Source of the DNA: the human T2T-CHM13v2.0 reference genome, Homo sapiens
DNA length: 64,000 bases
Direction: 5' to 3' (one strand)
NCBI RefSeq assembly: GCF_009914755.1
Contig: NC_060930.1
The notes under the pieces are model-generated. The model was not told where the DNA came from. It worked only from the letters and a program-made list of their open reading frames with translations, and ran no database searches. Below are positions 27,889 through 43,909 of this stretch, in pieces. Position numbers and translations under genes: made by a program. Within the stretch, counting starts at the first letter, position 1. Each line of letters begins with the position of its first letter.

Positions 27889-28900
27889 ATGGGGAAAAAA
27901 CAGAGCAGAAAAGCTGAAAATTCTAAAAATCAGAGCATCTCTCCCCCTCCAAAGGAATGCAGCTCCTCACCAGCAAGGGAACAAAGCTGGATGGAGAAGG
28001 ACTTTGACAAGTTGAGAGAAGAAGGCTTCAGACGATCAAACATCTCCGAGGTAAAGGAGGAAGTTTGAACCCATCGCAAAGAAGCTAAAAACCTTGAAAA
28101 AAGATTAGACGAATGGCTAACTAGAATAACCAGTGTAGAGAAGTCCTTAAATGACCTGATGGAGCTGAAAACCACGGCACAAGAACTACGTGACGCATGC
28201 ACAAGCTTCAGTAGCCAATTCGATCAACTGGAAGAAAGGGTATCAGTGATTGAAGGTCAAATCAATGAAATGAAGTCAGAAGAGAAGTTTAGAGAAAAAA
28301 GAATAGAAAGAAATGAACAAAGCCTCCAAGAAATATGGGACTGTGTGAAAAGACCAAATCTGCATCTGATTGGTGTACCTGAAAGTGACGGGGAGAATGG
28401 AACCAAGTTGGAAAACACTCTTCAGTAGATTATCCAGGAGAACTTCACCAACCTAGCAAGGCTGGCCAACATTCAAATTCAGGAAATACAGAGAAGACCA
28501 CAAAGATACTCCTTGAGAAGAGCAACTCCAAGACACATAATTGTCAGATTCACCAAAGTTGAAATGAAGGAAAAAATGTTAAGGGCAGACAGAGAGAAAG
28601 GTTGGGTTACCCACAAAGGGAAGCCCATCAGACTAACAGATGATCTCTTGGCAGAAACTCTACAAGCCAGAAGAGTGGGGACAAATATTCAACATTCTTA
28701 AAGAAAAGAATTTTCAACCCAGAATTTCACATCCAGCCAAACTAAGATTCATAAGTGAAGGAGAAATAAAATCCTTTACAGACAAGCAAATGCTGAGAGA
28801 TTTGTCACCACCAGGCCTCCCCTACAAGAGCTCCTGAAGGGCTCTGAACATGGAAAGGAACAACAGCTACCAGCCACTGCAAAAACATGCCAAATTGTAA
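27889..28900 (+). pseudogene. L1 ORF1 (disrupted)
   Basis: ORF1p peptides split over several ORFs; premature TGA ~28066, TAG 28426-28428, and frameshifts. Confidence 0.9.
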
Positions 28901-28963
28901 AGACCATCGAGGCTAGGAAGAAACTGCATTAACTAATGAGCAAAATGACCAGCTAACATCATA

Positions 28964-32781
<3,818 letters not shown>

Positions 32782-33018
32782 ACAATGAGAACACTTGGAC
32801 ACAGGAAGGGGAACATCACACACCAGGGCTTGTTGTGGGGTGGGGGGACGGGGGAGGGAAAGCATTAGGAGATATACCTAATGTAAATGACGAGGTAATG
32901 GGTGCAGTACACTAACATGGCACATGTATACTTATGTAACAAACCTCCACATTGTACACATGTACCCTCGAAATTAAAGTATAATAAAAATAAATAAATA
33001 AATAAAATAAATCAGCAA

Positions 33019-33309
33019 GGCCAAGCACAGTGGATCATGTCTGAATTCCAGCACTTTGGGAGGCCGAGGTAGGGAGATTATTTGAGACCAGGGTTTGATA
33101 CTAACCTGAGCCACATAGTGAGACCTCATCTCTACACAAACTAAAAAGTTAGCCAGGCACAATGGTGCCTGCTTGTGGTTCCAGCTACTTGGGAGGCTGA
33201 GGTCGGAGGATTTTTTGAATCCAGGAAGTCAAGATTGCAGTGAGCCATGATTGCACCACTGCTCTACAGTTGGGGTGACAGAGCAAGATGCTATCTTAAA
33301 AAAAAAAAG
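33019..33309 (+). mobile_element. AluJ
   Basis: Diverged dimer immediately after the L1 tail. Confidence 0.88.
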
Positions 33310-33988
33310 AGTGGTAAATCCCACTGAATTTTTTAAAAGCGCCTATAATTCTCTATGAATATGTTTCTATTTTAAAACTCACTTTCTGGTTAAGAGGCTA
33401 ATGCTCAAAATTCCACCCAATATAACTGTTTTTCTCTAACATCAGAAATTCTCCTTCTCTGAACCCTATTGCTTTTTCTTTCTTATTTACTTAAAAAAAA
33501 AACCTAGTTAAATACATAATTAATTCAATTTTCCCCCTAATGTTCTAATTTTTTATGAACATACTTGGCATTATAGGGAGAAGTGGAAGGCAAGTAAAAA
33601 AAAATCTGCCACTCACCCTGTCTGGTCATCACCATGTGAATTTGGCAAATGATTCCTCCTCTGATCTTGAAGTTCTGTAAACATAAGCTATAGGTTTCTG
33701 CATTTGCATCATTCTTTTACTGCAACTCCAGAAAACATTTTTTGTAAATGTTTGAGAAAAGAGGATTACATTTCTCAGAACAGATATTTTTAATAAGAAA
33801 ATTTCATAAATATCTACATCCAGAAATATCAAAGGTAATGTTTATTGTTGCATTTTTCTCAGTTTCAATTATTTTCAACATCATTTAAGAATAATTTGAC
33901 TTTTCAAATGAGTAACTTTAATTATTTACTATGCTCAAGTTATTGTGCTACTGTGGGAAATGTAAAAATGAAATAAAGAAGGTCTTGT

Positions 33989-34356
33989 TGCTATAGTTTG
34001 GCTGTGTCCCCACCCAAATCTCATCTTGAATTGTAGTTTCCATAATTCCCATGTGTTGTAGGAGGGACTAGGTGGAGATAACTGAATCATAGGGGTGGTT
34101 ACCCCCATCCTGTTCTTGTGGTAGTGAACAAGTCTCATGAGACCTGATGTTTTTATAAGGGGTTTCCCCTTTCCTTGGTTTTTATTCTCTCTCTTGCCTG
34201 CTGCCATGTAAGATGTGCCTTTCACCTTCTGCCATGATTGTGAGGCCTCCCCAGCCACGTGGAACGGTAAGTCCACTAAACCTCTTTTTCTTTATAAATT
34301 ACCCAGTGTCTTTATCAGGTATGTCTTTATCAGCAGCATGAAAACGGACTAATACA
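33989..34356 (+). mobile_element. THE1 (THE1B/C-like) MaLR solo LTR
   Basis: TGCTATAGTTTGGCTGTGTCCCCACCCAAATCTCATCTTGAA...GGACTAATACA; TSD cttgt/cctgt. Confidence 0.93.
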
Positions 34357-34504
34357 CCTGTCCTCACCGTGCAGAATTCCCAACTTTTCAAACATCACCT
34401 ATGATGGCTATAAGAGCAACACCAGCAGAGGAAGGAGTGAGGTTACTTGAACTGACTTTGTGGAGAACATTTGAGCTTAGATGCAAAGCAGCTTCAGGGG
34501 AAAG

Positions 34505-34918
34505 GTTTCTTAGTGAGGACTCTGCAGAGTAAATGAACCAATAGGATGTAGATACAGTATAGAGAAATTTATTTTTAGGAATTGACTTATGCAATTGTGG
34601 AGGCTGGCAAGTCCAAAATCGGCAGGCTAGGCGAGCAGGCTGGAGACTCAGGGAAGAGAAGCAGCTTAAGTCCAAAGGCAGTCTGCTGGCAGAATTTCTG
34701 TTACTTACAGAAGGTCAGCCTTTTTTCTATTAAGTTATCCAACTGATTTGATGAGGCCCACCCACATCAGGAAGGGTTACCTGCTTTACTCAAAGTCTGC
34801 TGATTTAAATGTTAATTCCATATAAAAAATACCTTCACAGGAATATCTAGAATAATGTTTGACCAAATAGCTGGGTACTATTGCCTAGCCAAGTTGACAC
34901 ATAAAATTAACCATCGCA
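34505..34918 (-). mobile_element. MLT2 (ERVL) LTR
   Basis: gaaccaataggatg...ggaggctggcaagtcc...gttgacacataaaattaaccatcgca. Confidence 0.85.
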
Positions 34919-35389
34919 GTGGGATAAGCATGTTCTCAGGCTTAGGGAAGAATTGAAGCTTTGTAATAGGGATACTTTGCAATGGGGATAATTCATGAAG
35001 AAAAGTCAGAGGGAAAGGAGAGGGGGATAATCAAGGTCACACAGAGAGGGGTTCGGCTTAGAAAGAAGGATAGTAAAGGATGGCTTGGGTGCCAGAATAA
35101 TTGTGAGAAGAAGGCAAAAATGCTTAAACTATTCACATCAGATAGCTTTGATGTCTCTGGGAAAATAGCGTATTTGTTGGAGGGAAGGGCTGGGAGCTGG
35201 TGGCAGCTATAAGCACATGTTGGGGACAAGGATGGTGTTGGAGAATATGGAAAAGTATTGGGAAGGAATAGCACTCAGGCACTCAGAATAAAATTTGTTT
35301 TAAGAAATGTTGAGTCTAAGTTGGCTTTCTCACCTTCTTCTCTCTTTTTTTTTTTTTTCCAGCGTGATTTCTAAAAGAAGTACAGCTGT

Positions 35390-35530
35390 GGAATTACACC
35401 AACTGGAATTTGAATCCCAGGAACCCACTCACTCACCAGTATGTGGCCTTGGGAAAATTACCTAAACTCTTATAGACTCTGTTATGAAGAGTTATTAAAA
35501 TGACCCGTGTAAAAGTGTCTGGGACAGTGA
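35390..35530 (+). mobile_element. MIR
   Basis: tttgaatcccagg...tgtggccttgggaaaattacctaaactct core. Confidence 0.7.
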
Positions 35531-35752
35531 GTGGTACTCAACCAGAGGCGATTTTACCTCTCAAGGGATAGTTGGTGGTGTCTGGAGACATTTTTTATTG
35601 TAAACAGCTGGGCAGTGAGGCATGGTGCAAAGATGAACTATTGGTAACTAGTGTGTAGAGGCAAGGGATGCTGCCAAACATCCTACACTGCACAGGACAG
35701 CTACTTACAATAAAAAATTATGCAGAATTGGCATTATCCAAAATGTCAATGC
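35530..35752 (+). mobile_element. MER20
   Basis: agtggtactcaacc...tgtctggagacattttt...gggatgctgccaaacatcctacactgcacaggacag...caaaatgtcaat. Confidence 0.85.
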
Positions 35753-36899
35753 CTCAAGCATTATACACAGTAAATGTTGATTACTGTCTACTAATCGTGG
35801 TAAACCAAATTGAATAGAATTTTTCCTGTAAGTGGCCACATCTGAAGGTTTGTTTTCTACAGTGTTCAAAATGCTCTGCCTTTTGAAGAAGGTTAAAGTG
35901 TAATTTAGAGACACACACAAAAAGCAAACTCTATTCAGAAACTCTTACACAAATAAAATATTCCATTCAATTCAAGAAATACCCAAAGTCCAGCTCTCTG
36001 ATACTTGTTTTGAAAAGCTTTGGGCTAGGACAGACTAGAGTTTTAATGTTCTGTGCTCCATGAGCCAGTCTTTGAGGGAAAATTTCAAGTGATTTGGATT
36101 TACGTTTGTAAATGCATTTATACATCTTCCCAGTATCGGTGATATATTTAGAAATAAAACAGAGAACTCAGCAAATCAAATGATTCTGTTTTATCTAGTC
36201 CTATGTGGAATTTCTTGGCTAAGAATAAAAGACTCTAGGCAATTTCAGTGCCAACATAGTACAGCTTTATCGGAAATGTCTTAGTATCTCTTTCTCGGGA
36301 GTGCAGACACTAAACAAATATGCAAATATAAGGTGATTTTAGTTCCGTTGAAGTGATTTGACCATATTTGTGTCAAAAGTTCAAGTAGTTTCCATTATAT
36401 TTGTGGGGCAGGGAGGGAGCAGTGACTCTGTAAATACATTAGCTAGTTAGCTAGCTCTTAGTAATGCTATCACATCAAAACCCTGCATTTATTTAATCCT
36501 TTCCTTTATATTTTGGGCAAAACTTGCTACACAAACCAACAAATAAAAACAAAAAAACTTACAGAAATAAGGGCTTTTATTTGTCAAATTAAATGTGGCT
36601 AGGAGGTTTGAATTTGAATTCGATGGTTAAGTTTTAAACTATGAAGTGAGATCAGCTAAAATCGGATGAGGAAAAAGCTGTGTGAGCCCTGCTGCTTGCT
36701 CACTGGGCAGCAGACCAGAATTAATTCCCAGGCCTCAAGTAACTGACCAAAGTTGAGACAAAAGGGGAAGGGACCATTATCCCTGGAACTGAAACAAGAA
36801 GTTTCAGTGGATGTTAGGGAGGGACTGTAGGCCATGGCTGAAATCATCAATCACGTCACCCTTGTGACACCACGAGCAGGGGTAGAGAGTGATTTTGAA

Positions 36900-37110
36900 A
36901 TGTAGCTGCCATTTATTGAGAGCCTACTATGGGCTCTCATAATAAGAGCTATAATACTTTAGATATTCTTCTATTTGATCCTAACAGCACCTTTCAGGAT
37001 TGAGATTATCATTCCAATTTTTCAAATAAGGAAAATCAGGCTGAGGGAGATTAAGCCAATTGCCTGAATTTACCCAGCTGGTAAATAGCCGAAGCAGGAT
37101 TTAGACCTAA
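36900..37110 (-). mobile_element. MIR
   Basis: catttattgagagcctactatg...aataaggaaaatcaggctgagggagattaag. Confidence 0.8.
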
Positions 37111-37211
37111 TGTGAGAGGAATGTTGAAATGGCTGAAAAAAATATACCTTGATTTGTGTTTGTCTATGTTAAAATAAATTTATTGTGGTTTTTAAAAAAT
37201 TAATAAGCTTA

Positions 37212-37500
37212 ATTTTTTCTTTTTGAGACAGCATCTTGCTCTGGGCTGGATTGCAGTGGTATGATCCTAGCTCTCTGCAGCCTCAAACTCCCCAGCTCTA
37301 GCAATCTTCCTCCCTCAGTCTCCTGAGTAGCTGGGACTACAGCCACATGCCACCATGCTCAGCTAATGTTTTATTATTTGTAGAGACAAGGGTTCATTTT
37401 GTTGCTCAAGCTGTTGCCTCGAACTCCTAGGCTCAAGTGATCCTTCCACCTCAGCCTCCCAAAGTGCTGGGATTACAGGTGTGAGCCACTGCGCCTGACC
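37212..37500 (-). mobile_element. AluJ
   Basis: Reverse dimer; TSD-like aa(g/a)cttaattttt. Confidence 0.9.
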
Positions 37501-38945
37501 CTAAACTTAATTTTTAAAAGCCTCTTTAGGTTCACATATTGTAGGAGTTTTATGCCAATTTTATAAACAATCTATAATAAGAAAATAAAATAAGTTGGAG
37601 TCCCTCAAGCTCCGTATGACAATCTCATGCGTGTTTTTTATGGTTATATACACATAATGCAATTTGATAAAACGGTCATATACATTCTTTGAAAGCTCAA
37701 GATGACTTTTTTTAATACAGATTTTTTGCTTTCTCCTTAGTTCTTTCCTCCTCCACTTACCCCCACATTCTAAAATACAGTATATTTTCCATACCTTCTC
37801 CTTTATTCATATAATCATAATCACACATATGCATTTATGTATACATATCTACATATAGATACATATGTAAGTTCTTTGGTTGTTGCTTTTCTATGAATGG
37901 GGCCATCTTATATATGTTCCTCAGTGCATTTCACTTAACTACACTAAGGAAATGCCTACAATGCAGCTGGTTTGGTCCTGATTTATTCTTGATAATAGCA
38001 ACATAATATCCCAGAGTACGGATATACCATAGTGTATTCAACTATTTTCCTTTTATGAGCATTCACTTTATTTCTTCTTTTCTGCTATTACACAAAAATG
38101 ATTGCAATAAGTATCCCTGTACATAGCCTTGATTTATTTTGAGCCCTGAAATCCTCCCTTTCCCTCACTCCTTATGTTCAGTCACCAGCTCACTCAATTT
38201 GAATCCTGTGACATCTTTGGAATCTGCTCTCTCCCCATCTCCACCTCCATGGCTACTGCCTGGTTTGAAGCTTCATAATATCTAGCTTGAACTACTGTAA
38301 CAGTGTCTTAGCTGTTCTTTCCACTCTAAGTTTAAAAAATTTCTCTCTCTCTCCCAACAATTCCTTCTGCTTCCAGGATTCCCTTTTTGATATGCAAATG
38401 ATCCTTATATTTTCTGGTAGCCCCCACACATGTAGTTTGTGCAGTTGGCTAGGAGTAAAAGAAACAATCATGCATTGGAGATGGCAAATGGAAACCAATA
38501 CTGACAGCATATGGAGGCAACAACGAGTGGTGACACCTGCCGACCTCAAGCGGGCCTGTTCCATCTAAACTGTTAGCTCCTACTTAGCTTCAGCTGACTA
38601 CTGCCATGAGGGAATGTGGACCAGACTTGCCCGATGGTCTAATTTCTCTCTCTCACACACACAGAAACCTAGAAATCAAATTTTTAATGAAAATCTTCAA
38701 ATTTTCTGGCCACACCAAAACATCTGCAATCTGAAATGTTTGTCCTTCAGGATAAAATGTGACTCAGCCTGTGAGTTATTCCCATCTCTCATTGTTCTCC
38801 ACATCTATCATCTCTTCATTGATGATCCTGTCCTGTTTATTCATCCTCTAGGAGGTTACCTAAATGTGATGAAGTGTATTTGATTTAATGGATACTTCAT
38901 CTCTGGATCTAGTGAGAGTCTTGGGGCATTATAAGAAAGAGAAGG

Positions 38946-39318
<373 letters not shown>

Positions 39319-39389
39319 TCACGTGGAAGCACAAAAACCAGTCATATGTCACGTACTAGACTCTGCTCCTGAGGCCAATTCCTGGCTCT

Positions 39390-39625
39390 CCTTATTGAGC
39401 ACTTATGTGCCCGGTCACAGCTAAGGGTGTCCACATACATTCTTACATTTGCCCTTCATAACCACTCTTCCAGACAACTTTTATCATGCTAACTTTTCAA
39501 ATGAGGGAATAGGGACTCCCAGAGGTTAAGTGGCTTGGCCCAAATCACATGGCTAATAAGCGGCAGTGTTCAGGTTTAAACCTTAGTTTCCTAATCCCAG
39601 ATATATTTCCATTGAGTACACTGTT
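39390..39625 (-). mobile_element. MIR
   Basis: ttattgagcacttatgtgcc...cagaggttaagtggcttggcccaaatcacatggctaataag. Confidence 0.8.
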
Positions 39626-40776
39626 CTTATCCATAGTGGGTTCAGTTCCATATTCAGAGGCCATGTAGAAGGAGGAGGAATAGCCTTCATTCTTCTTGAC
39701 TGGGTATGTGATTAAATAGGTAGTTTGCCCAGGATATTTTGACTTTGATAAAGCTCTTTATTGAAGGCTTATTCATGTCATCTAGTAATTTAATCATCAT
39801 TTCCAGAGCCAAGAAAACATGTAATAATAAAAAATAAAACAAAAAGCTATCATAAATTTCCAAACTTGGAATATGAATGACTCTGATCCATTAGCCTTAA
39901 TTTACAGGCCTATGAATTAAACTTTACAAGAGTCTCTCTCCTCTGGCAATGTCTCATGAAATCCTGTCTCTGGGAGACTTTGTGGTTGGGGCCCAGTGCT
40001 TTAGTCCTGGCTGCATTTCCCGGAGTTCGTGTCCTCTTCAGATTTTTAATTTATACTTATTTATGATGCTTCTAGGTTAAGTCTCTGGTTTCTGTAAGAA
40101 CTCTGGTTTCCTCTCATAATTCACTCTATTGTGTCTAAACTACAGATGAGAGTGGTAGAATGTCTTGATTCTGGTCCATTTGATTTTCTCAGTTAACATT
40201 TGTTAAACATCTAAGTTGCAGGTACTGTACTTAGTGCTGGATATATAAAAGTTTTGCTGTCCTTGAGGCTGTCCTATTTGGGAGGCAGACATGGAAAAAA
40301 ATAATTCCGAAACAGTGTGGCAAGTACCCAGGACCAGTGCTGGCGCAAAGGCAGTAGAGAGATCAACACTGCCTATCAGAAAGAACATGACCCAATGGAG
40401 GAGGGGCTGCACTGAGGGACCCAACTTTCAGATTTTTGGGGGAACACATCATTGCATTTCCTTGGGCCACCCAGAAAGATAGAGAAAGCCAATGGTTTTG
40501 CAGGTTTGTGGAGCACCAGCAACTGTTCCTCAAATTAGCAGATCATAGGTGGCTTCTATCACAGTATATCTACTTTGAGGACAAATGCTACCTTATCTTT
40601 TTTTCTTATTACATCTGCTTAATTTTCTCAGTCTGCCTTAACTAAGGGACCCCTAGGTTTTTAAACAGGCACAACCATACAACCTAATAAATAATAAAGA
40701 GGGTTTTGATAAAACCTTGGGATTAAAAGTTAACAGGAAGATTACAGCCAAAGCAATTCAGGTCCCTTTACAAGGT

Positions 40777-40864
40777 TGAGTCATCAGTTAGACCTTCACC
40801 ATGGACCATGAAACATCTCCTCTTCCTGTCTTTCCACAGCTAAAACTTTCCAAGTACATTTCCA
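40777..40864. promoter_or_regulatory. Candidate enhancer: AP-1 site plus three TGGAAA (NFAT/NFAT5-TonE) sites
   Basis: TGAGTCA 40777-40783; minus-strand TGGAAAGACAG, TGGAAAGTTTT and TGGAAATGTAC within 40826-40864. Confidence 0.4.
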
Positions 40865-41544
40865 TGATAAGTAAGATTTAGTCTTGGATAGAGATTTATT
40901 CTATTCTGGTCTCAGCCTCTTGGGAAAGCAAGTCCAGAAAAAAAAGCTAAGTAGTATAGCCTTAATCATAGCCAGGCCTGACAGTGGTCATGGCTTCTCT
41001 TCTAGAGAGGCCACTGCACCCCTCGTGACCTGAAATGTGACAGAAGATGTGTTCTGGGCCTCTTGGTTCCATTTCTGGAGAAGCATACAAATGCCTCCAT
41101 TAAGCTGGGGACCTCACAAAGGACAGATAGTTATCAGTTTTGTTGGTGCATTAACCAAGAATTTGGGTTGTATTAAAAGTAATTTGATAAAGTCTTTGGT
41201 CACAATAGTCACAATAATTGAAGATAAAGTCTAGGACCTTGGGGAGACATGGCTGGAAACTTTGTTATGAGTTTATTTTTTTTAACTGATAACATTTCCT
41301 ATAATGCATTATTTCCTAAAATGGTAAGAGTTATATTATCCAAAGTTTGCATTCCCATGTGGAAAGCTGGTTGAGAAGCATTGGAAAATTATAGGACCAT
41401 CATTACAAGTCCAGAATGAGGAATTTGATGGGTTGACAATCTAGTTTGGTATGGTTTCTGAACTGCTCATACTTTGCTATAGAATACCTGAGGGGCTGGA
41501 CTAGGCCAGGAGAGGAAATCCTGCTTAAGAGAAGCCAGAATTCT

Positions 41545-41860
41545 GGCCAGTCACGGCGGCTCACTTCTGTAATCACAGCACTTTGAGAGGCTGAGGCAGG
41601 AGGATCACTTGAGGCCAGGACATCAAGACCAGCCTAGGCACCATAGCAAGACCCTGCTTCTACAAAAGAAATTATTTAAAAAGCTGGGTGAGATGGCATG
41701 TGCCTGTGTACCTGGGAGGTGGAGGTGGGAGGATTGCTTGAGCCCAGAATTTGAAGCTGCAGTCAGCTATGATCCTGCCACTGCACTCCAGCCTGGGTGA
41801 CAGAGTGATAATTTAAAAACCCTGTCTCTAAAAATTTAATGAATTAAAATTTTTTAAAAA
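41545..41860 (+). mobile_element. AluJ
   Basis: Dimer with deletion; TSD agaagccagaa. Confidence 0.88.
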
Positions 41861-42538
41861 TAAGAAGCCAGAAACCTAGAACTAGAGAAATAGTAAATAC
41901 GAAGCATCAGGACCAGATGAAGTAAAGCGATAAATTTTGAAAACAGTCAAATTAATGATAAGACAACCTGGAATAGATCCAGAAATAGGGTACAAAAGGG
42001 CTTGGGGTCAAAGGCTCAAGAAGGGGGGCATGAAAATGAAAGAGCCCTGGAAGTTTGCTTTCTGTGATGCTAGTGGAGAATGCTGAATAAAGTGAAGGAA
42101 GCAGACCTGGGTCCACAGTGAATCCTTCTGGATTTATACAGTGTTAGAATCCCAAAAATGTTTGAGAGCTGCAGGCCTTGGAACTCCTCCAGCTCAACCA
42201 TCTCAATTTACAGATGAAAAAGCGGAGGCCCAGGGCACACAGCTATTTAGTGTCAGGCGGAATTCCCATTCTGAGTTCTGGACTTTCTCTGTGACTTCTC
42301 CACACTCCATCTGACTAGCAAACTTTTTAGTTCCACGTCTAATGCAGCAGCTACTATATGCCAGGCCCTGTGGTAGATGGTGGTGATTCAAAGATGCATA
42401 TGACTATTATGATCTAATTGGTGACAGAGAGCTTCAGAACTAATTCTAACTGGTAAAAATTACCAATAGATTTTAATATATGGGTAAATGCTTATGTTAA
42501 CAATGCTAAATGAGAAAACAGCAATGAAATTGTATATA

Positions 42539-42789
42539 TAGTTGGCCCTTGGACACATATTTGAACTGCACAGGTCCACTTATACACAGATTTTTTTTTT
42601 CACCCAAAAGCGGATAGAAAACAGTATTTTCAGGCAGAAATGCTTAAACAGAGGGCAGACTTTTCCTATACGCGGGTTCCCCAGGGCCCACAGCTGGACT
42701 TGGACTTGAATATGGGATGATTTTAGTATGGGGGGGCGGAGGGGAAGAGGGCCTGGAACTAGTCCGTTGAGTATAACGAGGGACAATGC
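42539..42789 (+). mobile_element. MER8-like (Tigger family) MITE
   Basis: agttggcccttg...tttgaactgcacaggtccacttatacacagattttt...ataacgagggacaatg. Confidence 0.8.
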
Positions 42790-43203
42790 TAAGTATGTTA
42801 TAATCTCATTAAAAGTACACAGAACTTGAGATACGCAATAACCTACTAACGAACCAAGTGTTACAAGACATGCTAAGACCTTGTGTTGTAAGTACTTGTG
42901 CACTTACTCGATCTCCCTGCTTTAGGGCCAGGACCGAGTTTTTTTGTTTTTGTTTTTGTTTTTGTTTATGTATTCTCTCGTTGTATCAGTTCATCTTGCC
43001 CCAGACCTGTCACCCACTAGAATTTGTTGTTAAACAAATGAAGCTTCCTTTCTCATGTGGCCCCCACCCCTCTCCTAAAGGAGAATAAAAGGTCGAGAGA
43101 ACGGATGAGGTTAGAATGCTGGTGGGACTGAGATGGGAAAGGACCTTAAAGGTTACTCGCCCAAAGAGGAAAACCAGCCTTTTCCCTGCAGACGGAAACT
43201 GAC

Positions 43204-43222
43204 GCGCTCCCCCTGGAGGCAG
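43204..43222 (-). promoter_or_regulatory. CTCF motif
   Basis: Minus strand reads CTGCCTCCAGGGGGAGCGC, a close match to the CTCF core consensus. Confidence 0.6.
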
Positions 43223-43748
43223 CGCAGGATGCTCCCGGGGGTCCAGGCGTCCCAGCCTGAGGTCCCCATCCTCGTGTGCAGCCTGGGCGCCTGGTACAAG
43301 TCGGGGTAACCCTGAGGCTTGTGCATCCAGAGAAGCTAGGTCCCCGGTGGAGACTAGCTTGGGATAAGGTTGGGGAGACGCCCTCCGTTCTTCTAGATGC
43401 CTGGGGTCTCAACAGCAAGCAGTGAGGAATGAGACTCTTAACTGAACAACTCCTGAGACTGTTAAAGGAGTGCATACTATTACAGGGACAGGCATCCCCT
43501 GTGAACCTACTCATGAATTTTTCCTAATGCTTAATTCAGCTTGGGGGCAGAAATGCTGGGGTGAGACACGGCCAGGTCCGCCCCGTTCCTCCAGGGAACT
43601 CCCCTCTCCGCCCTCCCTCTCCGTCTCCTCTTGCCCACCTCCTCCTCCTCCCCTCCCCCCACTCCATCCCACTGCGCCCGCCCCTCGTCATCGCCCCCTT
43701 TCCCCTCCCATCTCCCGGCCGTGGTGCGGCGCAGCTCTCTCCCCCTCC

Positions 43749-43909
43749 GCAGTCTCAGTGGCGAGCTCCGGGTGCTGTGGCCCGGCCTTGGCGGGGCGGC
43801 CTCCGGCTCAGGCTGGCTGAGAGGCTCCCAGCTGCAGCGTCCCCGCCCGCCTCCTCGGGAGCTCTGATCTCAGCTGACAGTGCCCTCGGGGACCAAACAA
43901 GCCTGGCAG
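43749..43909 (+). other. PRSS35: PRSS35 non-coding exon 1 (5' UTR); TSS approximate
   Basis: GC-rich, ATG-free segment ending in donor CAG|GTAAAG (GT at 43910-43911). Joins acceptor at 54633-54634 to give ...GCCTGGCAG/GACAAAATTAGAAGATCAAAATG. Confidence 0.85.

Noticed and set aside
33935-34276. 113-aa minus-strand ORF
   Set aside because: Antisense translation of the THE1 LTR, a common artefact.
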